A stretch of 64,000 bases of DNA from a bacterium (GCA_030649135.1 JAUSGI010000004.1:32001-96000); one strand, 5' to 3'. Counted from the first letter of the stretch, positions 30,230 through 39,617 are shown. A program made the numbers and translations. Notes: generated by a model not told the origin, from the sequence alone.

Positions 30230-30454
30230 ATGCATGTAAAAAAGGGAGACAACGTAATAGTTTTAACGGGAAAAGATAAAGGTAAGATTGGTAAAATCTT
30301 GCGCGCCTTTCCAAAACAAGACCAAGTGCTGGTGGAAGGGGTGAATACCAAAAAGGTTCACGAACGGCCGAAAAAGAGTGGCGCCAAAGGTACCATTATC
30401 GAAAAGAATTTTCCCATTCACGTCTCTAATGTAAAAATCCATGGAAAATCTTAG
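30230..30454 (+). CDS. rplX: ribosomal protein L24
   Basis: [23 protein letters not shown] motif. Confidence 0.9.
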   Translation: MHVKKGDNVIVLTGKDKGKIGKILRAFPKQDQVLVEGVNTKKVHERPKKSGAKGTIIEKNFPIHVSNVKIHGKS

Positions 30455-30953
30455 AGAAAAATCAAAAACGATTCCGGGTTATAAAAACCCCATGCAGGCG
30501 CCACGAGTTTTGAAGGTGGTGGTCTCTTCCGGAGTCGGTTCATTTAAAGACAAGAACAAATTTAAAGTAGTGGAAGACCGTCTGGCGCGTATTACCGGAC
30601 AGAAAGCAGCCCCACGAGGAGCTAAAATTTCGATCGCTACTTTCAAATCTCGACAAGGAGACATTGTGGGCTACCAAGTAACTTTGCGTGGCAAGCGTAT
30701 GTACGATTTTTTGGACAGATTAGTACATCTTGCCCTTCCGCGCACCAAAGACTTCCGTGGTATTTCCCCGAACGCTGTTGATGAGATGGGCAATTATACT
30801 TTGGGTATCAAAGAACACAACATTTTTCCCGAAACTTCCGACGAAGAGCTTAAAGACGTCTTCGGTCTCGCTGTGACCATCGTCACTACCGCCAAGTCCA
30901 AAGAAGAAGTGCTCGCTTTCCTTGCCCATCTCGGTTTCCCGTTCAAGAAGTAG
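30441..30953 (+). CDS. rplE: ribosomal protein L5
   Basis: L5-like; canonical position. Confidence 0.95.
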   Translation: MENLREKSKTIPGYKNPMQAPRVLKVVVSSGVGSFKDKNKFKVVEDRLARITGQKAAPRGAKISIATFKSRQGDIVGYQVTLRGKRMYDFLDRLVHLALPRTKDFRGISPNAVDEMGNYTLGIKEHNIFPETSDEELKDVFGLAVTIVTTAKSKEEVLAFLAHLGFPFKK

Positions 30954-30984
30954 AAGTTATCTACATTATATAAAATAGAAAAAT

Positions 30985-31015
30985 CCCCGCGCACAGTGCT
31001 CTGTGCGCGGGGGTC
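30985..31015. terminator. bidirectional hairpin between rplE (+) and the HNH gene (-)
   Basis: ccccgcgcacagtgctctgtgcgcgggg. Confidence 0.55.
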
Positions 31016-31033
31016 TGAAATTGTGACGGATAG

Positions 31034-31630
31034 CTATGAGTCCGACAGGATGCGAACATCCGCTTCTGCCGTCGGGCCCTTTTGTGTCAGGAAAGCGATG
31101 GCGCGGGCGAGTAACGCCGGGCTGTCCCGGAACATGGATAGTCCCATGTTGCAGAGCTTGCAGAGCAATGCCATTCTTCTCGCGCCGTAGTGCGCCGCCC
31201 CATAGAGCGAAAGTGGCAATGCCTGCCCAATCTCATCGCATGAGGTTTCGGGCTGGCTGCAGATCGCGCACCGACCACCCTGCTTCTTGAAGAGTTCATT
31301 GTAGTGACCGTTCATTTTCACGGCAGGGTGCGGATGGGTCTGCGCAAGTGGCGGAGCTGCTGATATGACAGCAGGCAATCCCGTGCTCACACCATCGTGG
31401 AGCTTGCAGTTTTGTCTGGTCCTGATGCTACCCCCATATGGGTATGTCCCAAACTCCTCGATTGGCCTGTTTTCTCCGCACTCCTTGCAAGGTCTTGTTT
31501 CCATACCAACCTGCTTTCCTTCCTGAACGTGAAGGTTGCAATCTCGCTGTGCACGACCTCCCGCACCAAGCTTGAAACTGTCCAATGGCCTCATTTTCTC
31601 GCACTTAATGCAGTATCTTTTCCCTCCCAT
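31034..31630 (-). CDS. Endonuclease-VII/HNH-type zinc-finger nuclease (free-standing, G+C-rich) inserted between rplE and rpsN
   Basis: multiple CxxC pairs; C-terminal GHYNELFKKQGGRCAICSQPE...AHYGARRMALLCKLCNMGLSMF matches the Endo VII pattern (W/Y..Q.G.CaiC...H.G..RGLLC..CN.GLG.F). Confidence 0.6.
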   Translation of the reverse strand: MGGKRYCIKCEKMRPLDSFKLGAGGRAQRDCNLHVQEGKQVGMETRPCKECGENRPIEEFGTYPYGGSIRTRQNCKLHDGVSTGLPAVISAAPPLAQTHPHPAVKMNGHYNELFKKQGGRCAICSQPETSCDEIGQALPLSLYGAAHYGARRMALLCKLCNMGLSMFRDSPALLARAIAFLTQKGPTAEADVRILSDS

Positions 31631-31729
31631 GCCATGCTCCCTTCTTTAGGGACGGCAACCAATATGGTCGTCTGAACTTGAGTCTGGCGCGAATCCTACA
31701 TTGTGTCCACGGGTATGGCAAGTCTAAGG

Positions 31730-31758
31730 TTTGACAATACCCCTTTCAGTTGATAAGC
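31730..31758 (+). promoter_or_regulatory. re-start promoter TTGACA-N17-TAAGCT for rpsN and downstream spc genes
   Basis: ttgacaatacccctttcagttgataagct lies downstream of the convergent HNH insertion. Confidence 0.45.
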
Positions 31759-31795
31759 TGAAACGCGAGCTTTTCGAAGCTTTTTTAGTTTAATT

Positions 31796-31981
31796 ATGGC
31801 CAAAACGTCAGTTATTGCTCGGTCGAAAAAGAAGCCCAAGTTCTCCACTAGGGCGACTTCACGCTGTTTCCGTTGCGGCAGGGGCCGCGGTTACATGCGC
31901 GACTTCGACCTTTGTCGTATCTGCTTTCGGGAGCTTGCCAATGAAGGTAAGATTCCGGGTGTAAAAAAGTCTTCTTGGTAA
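31796..31981 (+). CDS. rpsN: ribosomal protein S14 (Zn-binding short Z-type)
   Basis: CxxC...CxxC with RGYMRDF; 61 aa. Confidence 0.9.
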   Translation: MAKTSVIARSKKKPKFSTRATSRCFRCGRGRGYMRDFDLCRICFRELANEGKIPGVKKSSW

Positions 31982-31987
31982 TTTCAT

Positions 31988-32374
31988 ATGGATACGATTT
32001 CAAACATGATTATCCAAATCAAGAATGCCGGTCTCACCGGGCATGACCGTGTATTGGTGCCTTACTCCAAACTGAGACACTCCATAGCGGAGGCGTTGAA
32101 GAAAGAGCACTTCATCAAAGATGTCGAAACCGAATCAGAGAAAGGTAGGAAAATGTTGGCCGTAGGTTTGTTCATGGAAAATCGCGTGCCGAAAATTAAG
32201 GGAGTGAAGCGTATTTCCAAACCTTCCAGACGAATTTACAAGAAAGCTTCCGAGATTCGCGGGGTGAAAAGTGGTTACGGCGCCCTGATACTTTCCACCT
32301 CTAAAGGCATTATGTCCGGTCGCGAGGCCAAGCGGGCCAGTCTTGGCGGCGAAGCTCTGTTTCAAATCTGGTAA
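31988..32374 (+). CDS. rpsH: ribosomal protein S8
   Basis: MDTISNMIIQIKNA N-terminus. Confidence 0.9.
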   Translation: MDTISNMIIQIKNAGLTGHDRVLVPYSKLRHSIAEALKKEHFIKDVETESEKGRKMLAVGLFMENRVPKIKGVKRISKPSRRIYKKASEIRGVKSGYGALILSTSKGIMSGREAKRASLGGEALFQIW

Positions 32375-32381
32375 AAAATTT

Positions 32382-32915
32382 ATGTCACGCATAGGAAAAA
32401 AAATTATTATTTTGCCGGCAAACACCGAGCTTAAAGTTGCCGGTGATAGGGTGCTGGTCAAAGGTCCTTTGGGCGAACTATCACGCGCGCTTCATCCGGT
32501 TATTGAGGTCAGGGTTAGTGGCAATGAAGTGACTGTCCATCCGAAAAAGACTTCTATCGAGTCGAGGGCTCTGTGGGGTACTTATGCTTCGCACATTACC
32601 AACATGATTTCCGGCGTCAATAAGTTGTTTGAAAAGGGGTTGATTCTCGAAGGCGTTGGTTTTAAATCCGAAGTGCAAGGTAATAAAATTAATCTGGCCC
32701 TCGGATTCTCTCATCCGGTCATTGTCCCGATTCCAGAGGGTTTGAAAGTGACTGCCGAAAAAAATGTTATCACCGTATCAGGCAAAGATAAGGAGGAAGT
32801 TGGCCAGTTTACTTCGAGACTTCGCTCGCTCAAGAAACCGGAACCGTACAAAGGCAAGGGTATGCGTTATAGAGATGAGATTATTAGGCGTAAGCAGGGT
32901 AAAAAATTAGTATAA
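32382..32915 (+). CDS. rplF: ribosomal protein L6
   Basis: MSRIGKKIIILP start; two-domain L6 pattern. Confidence 0.9.
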   Translation: MSRIGKKIIILPANTELKVAGDRVLVKGPLGELSRALHPVIEVRVSGNEVTVHPKKTSIESRALWGTYASHITNMISGVNKLFEKGLILEGVGFKSEVQGNKINLALGFSHPVIVPIPEGLKVTAEKNVITVSGKDKEEVGQFTSRLRSLKKPEPYKGKGMRYRDEIIRRKQGKKLV

Positions 32916-33220
32916 TGGAATCCCGACGCGATAGAATTCATAAAAAGATTAGGGCCAAAGTTTCCGGCACTTCCGCTTGCCCACGTCTGGCCGTTTATAA
33001 ATCCAATACTGCCATCTACGCCCAGCTTATCGACGACGATAAGGCTGTAACCTTGGCTTCCGCCAAAGGAACCGATGCTTCCAAGGTAGGTGCGGAAATC
33101 GCCAAAAAAGCGATAGCAAAAAAAATTGAAAAGGTGGCTTTCGACCGGGGTGGCTATATTTATACCGGTAAGGTTCGAGCCTTGGCTGAGAGTGCGCGCA
33201 AGCTTGGATTAAAATTCTAA
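32915..33220 (+). CDS. rplR: ribosomal protein L18
   Basis: canonical position; RLAVYKSNTAIYAQLIDD. Confidence 0.85.
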   Translation: MESRRDRIHKKIRAKVSGTSACPRLAVYKSNTAIYAQLIDDDKAVTLASAKGTDASKVGAEIAKKAIAKKIEKVAFDRGGYIYTGKVRALAESARKLGLKF

Positions 33221-33221
33221 T

Positions 33222-33854
33222 ATGGATGAAATAACAAATACAATTATTCCCGTTGACCCGGCTCCGACTATTCCCGTTCCTGCTAAAAGCCATGATAGCC
33301 GAGACAATAGGCCTGCCCGCCCTCACGATAGTTCGGGAGCAGGCGGGGGGGATAAAGGGAAGAGACCGGGACGTCGTTCGTCACGACGCGATACGCGCAC
33401 CAAGCCGGAATTTGACCAAAAAATTGTCAGTCTTCGCCGTGTGACTCGCGTGATGGCCGGTGGCAGACGTTTCAGTTTTTCGGTTTGCTTAGTGGCAGGC
33501 AACAGAAAAGGGTCTGTGGGTGTCGGTCAGGGCAAGGCCTCGGATACGCCGCTTGCGATAGAGAAAGCTTTTCGTGATGCCAAGAAACATATGATTACGG
33601 TCAATACCACCAAGGAGATGTCCATTCCGCACGAGGTGGAAGCGAAATATGCTTCTTCGCGCGTTAAAATTATGCCGGCACGGGGTAAGGGGATTCTGGC
33701 CGGTAGTTCCGTGCGCACAGTACTCGAGCTTGCCGGTCTTCGGGAGATAGGCGCCAAGCTTTTCTCCAGAAGCAAAAATAGCGCCAACAATGCCTACGTG
33801 GCCATCAAAGCGCTTAAACAACTCGAGGCTACTAAAATAAGAGACTATAAATAG
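33222..33854 (+). CDS. rpsE: ribosomal protein S5 with ~60-aa N-terminal extension
   Basis: S5 dsRBD-like VTRVMAGGRRFSF and C-terminal domain. Confidence 0.9.
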   Translation: MDEITNTIIPVDPAPTIPVPAKSHDSRDNRPARPHDSSGAGGGDKGKRPGRRSSRRDTRTKPEFDQKIVSLRRVTRVMAGGRRFSFSVCLVAGNRKGSVGVGQGKASDTPLAIEKAFRDAKKHMITVNTTKEMSIPHEVEAKYASSRVKIMPARGKGILAGSSVRTVLELAGLREIGAKLFSRSKNSANNAYVAIKALKQLEATKIRDYK

Positions 33855-33855
33855 T

Positions 33856-34128
33856 ATGCAATTTCATAATCTTCAAGCTCGGACGAAGAGGAAATATTCA
33901 CGACAAGTGGGGCGTGGCGGTACTCGTGGCAAAACATCCGGCCGCGGCACTAAGGGTCAGAATGCCCGCGCCGGTCGGAAAAAGCGACCGGAGTTACGCG
34001 ATATTATTAAACGCATACCGAAACTACGCGGTCGTGGCAAGTCATCTCTAAAGTCCTTCCAACCAAGGCTTGATGGACGAGCCCTTAAGGAATTTTTGGC
34101 CAAAAAGAAACTTAATGTTAAAACTTAG
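33856..34128 (+). CDS. rplO: ribosomal protein L15 (short, 90 aa); L30 gene absent upstream
   Basis: GRGGTRGKTSGRGTKGQNARAG matches the L15 N-terminal core; its stop overlaps the secY start. Confidence 0.6.
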   Translation: MQFHNLQARTKRKYSRQVGRGGTRGKTSGRGTKGQNARAGRKKRPELRDIIKRIPKLRGRGKSSLKSFQPRLDGRALKEFLAKKKLNVKT

Positions 34129-35386
34129 TGAGAAATTAAGACTGATTGTCCGGGATGAGTCGCTGCGAAAGCGGTTGCTTTTTGTGCTCGGCATTCTGGC
34201 CGTGACGCGCTTGTTTGCCATTGTTCCCATTCCGGGGATTGATACTTCGCGCCTCCAGAGTCTCTTCGCCGGGTCTGAATTTCTCAACCTGTTGAATGTC
34301 TTCTCCGGTGGCGGCCTGTCGAATCTATCCATCGTTATGCTCGGAGTTGGTCCATACATCACGGCCTCGATTATCATGCAATTGCTAACTGTCATGGTGC
34401 CGAAGTTCAAGGCGCTTAGTCAAGAAGAAGGAGAGGCGGGTCGACGTCGGTTCGCTCAATATTCTCGGCTTCTGACGGTGCCTTTGGCGGTCATCCAAGG
34501 CTATACCTTTATCAAATTACTCCAGGGGCAGAACATATTGCCGCCACTTCCTATCAATATTTTCTTGGTGGATATCCTGGTGATTGTAGCCGGGTCGATG
34601 CTCTTGATGTGGCTTGGCGAGCTTATTACGGAATTCGGGGTAGGTAATGGTGTTTCCCTCATCATTTTTGCCGGTATTATTTCACGACTGCCTACGGTGG
34701 CTGGCCAACTGATTTTTACCTTTGATCTGGCGCAACTGCCGATTTATCTCGTGGGTCTCGCCGTAACACTTCTTGTCATCTGGGGCGTGGTTGTGGTAAC
34801 GGAGGCAGAGCGGCCGATACCAATTACTTACGCCAAACAAGTCAGAGGAGGGCGCAGTTATAGCGGTCTTTCCACCTATTTGCCCTTACGCGTCAATCAG
34901 GCCGGCGTTATCCCTATTATTTTTGCCCTCTCGATTCTGCTTTTTCCTCAAATGATTTTCCAATTTTTAACCCAATCGACTGTGGCTGTCATAGCGGATG
35001 CCGCCAGTTTTGCGCTGGTACTGCTCTCTAATAATTGGTTTTACACTTCCGCCTACTTCGTGCTGGTCTTCCTTTTCACTTACTTCTACACCGCCGTTAC
35101 TTTCGACCCTGACTCCATCGCCACCAATCTCCAGAAATCCGGCGCCTTTGTTCCCGGGGTGCGACCGGGCACGGCTACCTCCGAATATATCTCACGCGTG
35201 CTTATCCGACTGACATTGGTCGGGGCGCTCTTCTTGGGCGTAATCGCTATCTTGCCCCTCATTTTACGCTCCCTGACAGGCATTCAAGCCTTGGCTATCG
35301 GAGGTACCGCCCTTCTTATCGTGGTCTCGGTAGTGATTGATTTAATAAAAAAGGTGGACGCCCAGGTTTCGGCACGCGAGTACTAA
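34115..35386 (+). CDS. secY: preprotein translocase SecY
   Basis: 10-TM protein in canonical position; start at MLKLSEK. Confidence 0.9.
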   Translation: MLKLSEKLRLIVRDESLRKRLLFVLGILAVTRLFAIVPIPGIDTSRLQSLFAGSEFLNLLNVFSGGGLSNLSIVMLGVGPYITASIIMQLLTVMVPKFKALSQEEGEAGRRRFAQYSRLLTVPLAVIQGYTFIKLLQGQNILPPLPINIFLVDILVIVAGSMLLMWLGELITEFGVGNGVSLIIFAGIISRLPTVAGQLIFTFDLAQLPIYLVGLAVTLLVIWGVVVVTEAERPIPITYAKQVRGGRSYSGLSTYLPLRVNQAGVIPIIFALSILLFPQMIFQFLTQSTVAVIADAASFALVLLSNNWFYTSAYFVLVFLFTYFYTAVTFDPDSIATNLQKSGAFVPGVRPGTATSEYISRVLIRLTLVGALFLGVIAILPLILRSLTGIQALAIGGTALLIVVSVVIDLIKKVDAQVSAREY

Positions 35387-35405
35387 TTTGGACTATAATA
35401 GATAG

Positions 35406-36005
35406 ATGCTTCATACGATTGTTTTCATCGGTCGTTCCGGTTGCGGCAAGGGTACGCAAGCAGACCTGCTTAAAAATCATATCGCGCGCCTTGATTCCGA
35501 CAAACACCAGATTCTCTATGTGGAAACCGGCGAACGCTTTCGTAGATTCATCGGTGGCGAAAGTTTTTCCTCCAAGCTTTCCAAAGAAATCTATGAAAAG
35601 GATGAACGTCAGCCGGATTTTCTCGCTTGTTTGATGTGGGCGAGTATGCTCTCGGAAGAACTGGAGCCCGGGATGCATCTGGTTTTCGACGGCGCCCCGC
35701 GGTCTCACACCGAAGCGGCTTTGCTTACCACCGCGCTCAAGTTTTATCAAAGAACACGTCCCACGATAATTTATCTCAATGTCAGCCGGAAGTGGTCCGA
35801 GGACCGTCTACTTAGCCGTGGCAGACAAGATGACCGGACCCTTCAGAAAATTAATAAACGTCTGGACTGGTTTGAGGCCGATACTTGGCCGGCTGTCGAA
35901 TATTTTAAAACCAATAATTTTTACCGCTTTCTTGAAATTGACGGTGAACAGCCGATTAAGAAAGTGCATGCCGATATCATTGCTGCTTATGACCAGTCGT
36001 CTTAA
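35406..36005 (+). CDS. adk: adenylate kinase
   Basis: GRSGCGKGTQ P-loop; DGAPRSHTEA; canonical position. Confidence 0.8.
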   Translation: MLHTIVFIGRSGCGKGTQADLLKNHIARLDSDKHQILYVETGERFRRFIGGESFSSKLSKEIYEKDERQPDFLACLMWASMLSEELEPGMHLVFDGAPRSHTEAALLTTALKFYQRTRPTIIYLNVSRKWSEDRLLSRGRQDDRTLQKINKRLDWFEADTWPAVEYFKTNNFYRFLEIDGEQPIKKVHADIIAAYDQSS

Positions 36006-36765
36006 AACTCCCGAAGAAATAAAAATTCTCAAAGAAGGAGGCCAGAGGCTCGCGGAAATTCTTGCACTTCTTGCTTCCAAGGTTAAACCCGGCATCTCGA
36101 CCCTTCTTCTCGAAGAAGAAGCCATGCGACTGATAAAAGAGGGCGGTGATAAGCCAGCCTTCTTGGGATATCGGCCACAAGGCGCCAAGCGTCCGTTTCC
36201 CGCGTCACTTTGCGTGTCCATCAACGAAGAGATTGTCCATGGTATACCAAACGAAATTGAGAAAATTATCAAAGAGGGAGATATTGTCTCTCTGGATTTC
36301 GGCATCGTGCATCGCGGTCTCATTACCGATGCCGCCGTCACCGTGCCGGCCGGTACTATTGACGAAGAATCACGAAAGCTCATTGAGGTTACGAGAGAGG
36401 CTTTGGCAAGCGGTATTAAGGCCGCCTTGCCCGGTTCCACTATTGGCGATATTGGCGCCGCTATAAGCAGAGTTGTCCGGGCGAGCGGTTTTACTCTGGC
36501 GGATGACTTGGTTGGTCATGGTGTCGGTTATGCCGTCCACGAGGACCCGTTTGTGCCGAATGTTGGTATCGAAGGTAAAGGAGAGAGACTGGTTCCCGGG
36601 CTAGTGATTGCTCTTGAGCCGATGGTCAATGTCGGGAAATCCGGCATTAAAGTATTACCGGATGGTTATACTATCGTTACTCGCGACGGCTCCAGGAGCG
36701 CCCACTTTGAGCACTCGATTGCAATTACAGAGAAAGGCAATATAATTCTCACATCCAATGAATAA
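35989..36765 (+). CDS. map: methionine aminopeptidase type I
   Basis: pita-bread fold metal ligands (D..D..H..E..E pattern); start at MTSRLKTPEE. Confidence 0.9.
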   Translation: MTSRLKTPEEIKILKEGGQRLAEILALLASKVKPGISTLLLEEEAMRLIKEGGDKPAFLGYRPQGAKRPFPASLCVSINEEIVHGIPNEIEKIIKEGDIVSLDFGIVHRGLITDAAVTVPAGTIDEESRKLIEVTREALASGIKAALPGSTIGDIGAAISRVVRASGFTLADDLVGHGVGYAVHEDPFVPNVGIEGKGERLVPGLVIALEPMVNVGKSGIKVLPDGYTIVTRDGSRSAHFEHSIAITEKGNIILTSNE

Positions 36766-37366
36766 GCATCCCAAAAAAGAACAAACATTTGTGGCGATAA
36801 AGCCGGATGGTATCGAGAGGGGTCTTGTCGGCGAAATCATCTCCAGATTTGAAAGAGTGGGCTTGAAACTGGTGGCCATGAAAATGATTGTAGTGGATGA
36901 GCATCAAGTCGAAAAACACTATACTCTAGACCCGGAGTGGCGCCGCATTACGGGGGAAAAGACTATTGCGGGTTATCTCTCCAAAGGTCTGAAACCGCCG
37001 CTGGAGGACCCTCTAGCCATTACCGCCATCATCCTGGAGAACCTGAAGAAATATATGACCAGTGGCCCTGTCTTGGCGATGGTGTGGGAAGGAGCCCACG
37101 CGGTAGCTATTGTACGTAAGCTTGTCGGCGGCACCGAGCCCTTAGTATCGGATGTTGGCTCTATCAGGGGGGATTTTGTACTCGATTCGTACACTATGTC
37201 CGATGCCGACGGCAGGTCTGTACGTAACCTGGTGCACGCCTCCGGTTCGGTAGCGGAAGCGGAGAAGGAAATCAATCTGTGGTTTAAGGCGGAGGAGATC
37301 ATCAATTACCGTCTGGTAGCCGAAGAGATACTTTATGACGTTAATCTGGACGGTATTTTGGAATAG
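36758..37366 (+). CDS. ndk: nucleoside diphosphate kinase (long form, 202 aa)
   Basis: TFVAIKPDGIERGLVGEIISRFE and NLVHASGS (active-site His). Confidence 0.85.
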   Translation: MNKHPKKEQTFVAIKPDGIERGLVGEIISRFERVGLKLVAMKMIVVDEHQVEKHYTLDPEWRRITGEKTIAGYLSKGLKPPLEDPLAITAIILENLKKYMTSGPVLAMVWEGAHAVAIVRKLVGGTEPLVSDVGSIRGDFVLDSYTMSDADGRSVRNLVHASGSVAEAEKEINLWFKAEEIINYRLVAEEILYDVNLDGILE

Positions 37367-37662
37367 CACGATTTCAACAATAGGAATAAGGAGAAATACG
37401 AAATATTTTTAGCGGTAAGTCTATACAATATCAACAGGCAGGTTTATTTTTACGAGTTATAATGTATGCAGGGTTATTTGAGGTATTATCTAGCTAAAAT
37501 ATTTTTAGGGAGTCCTAATTGTTTCGTCCCTTGGGATGAATCTGCGGACACCCACCTAGTTTTGAAACTAGGGTATACCAAAATAACCCTCCAAAAGTCC
37601 TCCGCCTTGCCCCGCCTAGATCAGGTCGGGGTGAAGCGGAGAATTTTTGTTAAAATGAATCA

Positions 37663-38055
37663 ATGAGAAAATCTTCCCTCCTCTATACCGCTTTCGGCCT
37701 AATGGTCGCGCTTGGAACGCTGCATTTTGTCGCGGAGGCGTTTTATTTCTATTGGATTTTTTGGTGGTATGACATCATGATGCATCTCTTGGCGGGATTA
37801 GTTGGAGGACTCTTGATTGTATGGTTCGCCCGACCAGACAGCTTTTTAAAATCGATTTTCTTTGCCATCGTTTGCATGCTTGCCATAGGTATAGTCTGGG
37901 AAGTATTCGAATATGTTTACCACATAGCGCAAACCTCGGATTATTGGCAGGACACGACGCTCGACCTAATCGCGGACGTGGTAGGGGCGGCGCTGGCCTG
38001 CTTTTATGCTAGCGAACAGCGTCCAAAATCTTCTTTAGAGTCTCCGGATATTTGA
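37663..38055 (+). CDS. hypothetical 4-TM membrane protein
   Basis: four hydrophobic helices; W/Y-rich. Confidence 0.4.
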   Translation: MRKSSLLYTAFGLMVALGTLHFVAEAFYFYWIFWWYDIMMHLLAGLVGGLLIVWFARPDSFLKSIFFAIVCMLAIGIVWEVFEYVYHIAQTSDYWQDTTLDLIADVVGAALACFYASEQRPKSSLESPDI

Positions 38056-38353
38056 GGGCGGTTTCGGCAAGAATTTTTCTATCCAGAGCGATGCCTTTCT
38101 TCTTTAACAGATAAATAAATTTTGAGTATGAAGTGCCGTTTTGTTTGAGTAGGGCAGAGAGGCGCACATTCCAGAGACGGCGGAAGTCGCCCTTCTTGTC
38201 CCTTCGGTGCTCAAAGGAATAAGTCCCGGCATGCATAATAGCTTCGTTGGCCTGTCTCTCTTTGGTCGAGCGGCCGTGTCGGTAGCCTTTCACCTTGCGG
38301 AGAATATTTTTTCTGCTCTTGAGTGCGTTTACGCCTTTCTTGACTCTTGTCAT
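38009..38353 (-). CDS. rplT: ribosomal protein L20
   Basis: MTRVKKGVNALKSRKNILRKVKGYRHGRS. Confidence 0.9.
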   Translation of the reverse strand: MTRVKKGVNALKSRKNILRKVKGYRHGRSTKERQANEAIMHAGTYSFEHRRDKKGDFRRLWNVRLSALLKQNGTSYSKFIYLLKKKGIALDRKILAETALKYPETLKKILDAVR

Positions 38354-38357
38354 TGGA

Positions 38358-38549
38358 CTAAAAATTAACTAAATAACGGCTTCTGGATTTGTTGCTCATA
38401 TGGAATTCGGTATCACGATTTTTGACCGACTTGACCGCGTGGCGCTCCTTGGCGTTGAAATGGTTTTGTCCGGACTTGCGCGCCAAAAGCTTGCCCGATT
38501 TGGTGAGCTTGAGGCGCTTGGTATAAGACTTATTGGTTTTCATGCTCAT
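38358..38549 (-). CDS. rpmI: ribosomal protein L35
   Basis: MSMKTNKSYTKRLKLTKSGKLLARKSG. Confidence 0.85.
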   Translation of the reverse strand: MSMKTNKSYTKRLKLTKSGKLLARKSGQNHFNAKERHAVKSVKNRDTEFHMSNKSRSRYLVNF

Positions 38550-38611
38550 ATTGAGCCCTACATACTACTGATTTCTGTCTGGATGTCCAGCTCGCCTGCC
38601 GATAGAGAGGT

Positions 38612-39115
38612 TTAGGCTCTCTCGATAATGGCCGTCATGCCCTTGGGGCTCTTTTTGGCAGGGTCGGCAACTTTGTAGTCGACACTCACGAATTTGAGCA
38701 TACGCTCGATGCGTTCCTTGAGGAATTTCTCATCTAGGTACTTGGCCCGCCCTGGTAAGAAGAGATCCACCTTGACGCGATTACCTTCTGTGAGCCATTC
38801 GCTGGTCTTTTTAGCTTTAAGAATTAAGTCGTGGTCACCGGTGCCGAGTTTGACCTGCACGGTCTTTACTTCTGCAGAGTGAGCTTTCTTGACCTGTTTA
38901 GACTTCTTGTTTTCTTCGTAGAGATAGCGGCCGAAGTCGGCAATCTTAGCCACCGGCGGGACGGCGTTGGGGGAAATCTCAATAAGGTCAAGTCCGAGCT
39001 CCTCGGTTTTTTTCAGAGCTTCCTCAAGAGTGAGGACACCCAGGTTTTCTCCTTTTGACCCGATAATACGCAGTTCGCGCGCTCTTATCTGTTGATTAAT
39101 ACGAGGTTGTTGCAA
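38612..39115 (-). CDS. infC: translation initiation factor IF-3
   Basis: RINQQIRARELRIIG...LDLIEISPNAVPPVAKI. Confidence 0.9.
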   Translation of the reverse strand: MQQPRINQQIRARELRIIGSKGENLGVLTLEEALKKTEELGLDLIEISPNAVPPVAKIADFGRYLYEENKKSKQVKKAHSAEVKTVQVKLGTGDHDLILKAKKTSEWLTEGNRVKVDLFLPGRAKYLDEKFLKERIERMLKFVSVDYKVADPAKKSPKGMTAIIERA

Positions 39116-39158
39116 CGTCTATGTATGACTTAGTATTAATACTATTGTACACTATTAT

Positions 39159-39617
39159 ATGATGGAATACAAACACAACCCGCCCACTCTAGCCGAATTG
39201 AGGCAATACCGAAAGCCCGTAAGGCATCCTTACAGAGAAGCCAAAATTTCTTTCTCTCCCTTGGAGCGTTTTGCAGTTGGTATTACTCGTGGCGTTGGTA
39301 CTATGGGTTTCTTTTTTCTGCTTGTTCTCTGGACAGTGGTCTGGCTTCTCTGGAATCTCTACGGGCCTACAGAACTACGCTTCGACCCGGCGCCGGCCTT
39401 TGTCATTTGGCTCTTTGCCTCCAATATTATTCAATTGGTGCTCCTGCCACTTATCATGGTGGGGCAGAATTTGGAAGGCAAGTTTGCCGAGCATCGCGCC
39501 GAGGCGGACTTCGAGATCAATCAGAAAGCGGAACATGAAATTGAGGTCATCATTGCTCACCTCGAGAATCAAAACGAGCTTTTATTGGAATTAATCCGTA
39601 AAATAGATAGGAAATAA
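39159..39617 (+). CDS. DUF1003-family membrane protein
   Basis: two TM helices then LLPLIMVGQNLEG (cf. DUF1003 IMMSQNRQ region) and a coiled-coil tail. Confidence 0.55.
   Translation: MMEYKHNPPTLAELRQYRKPVRHPYREAKISFSPLERFAVGITRGVGTMGFFFLLVLWTVVWLLWNLYGPTELRFDPAPAFVIWLFASNIIQLVLLPLIMVGQNLEGKFAEHRAEADFEINQKAEHEIEVIIAHLENQNELLLELIRKIDRK

Noticed and set aside
35808-36440. 210-aa minus-strand ORF inside map
   Set aside because: It is antisense to methionine aminopeptidase, which has clear metal-ligand motifs.
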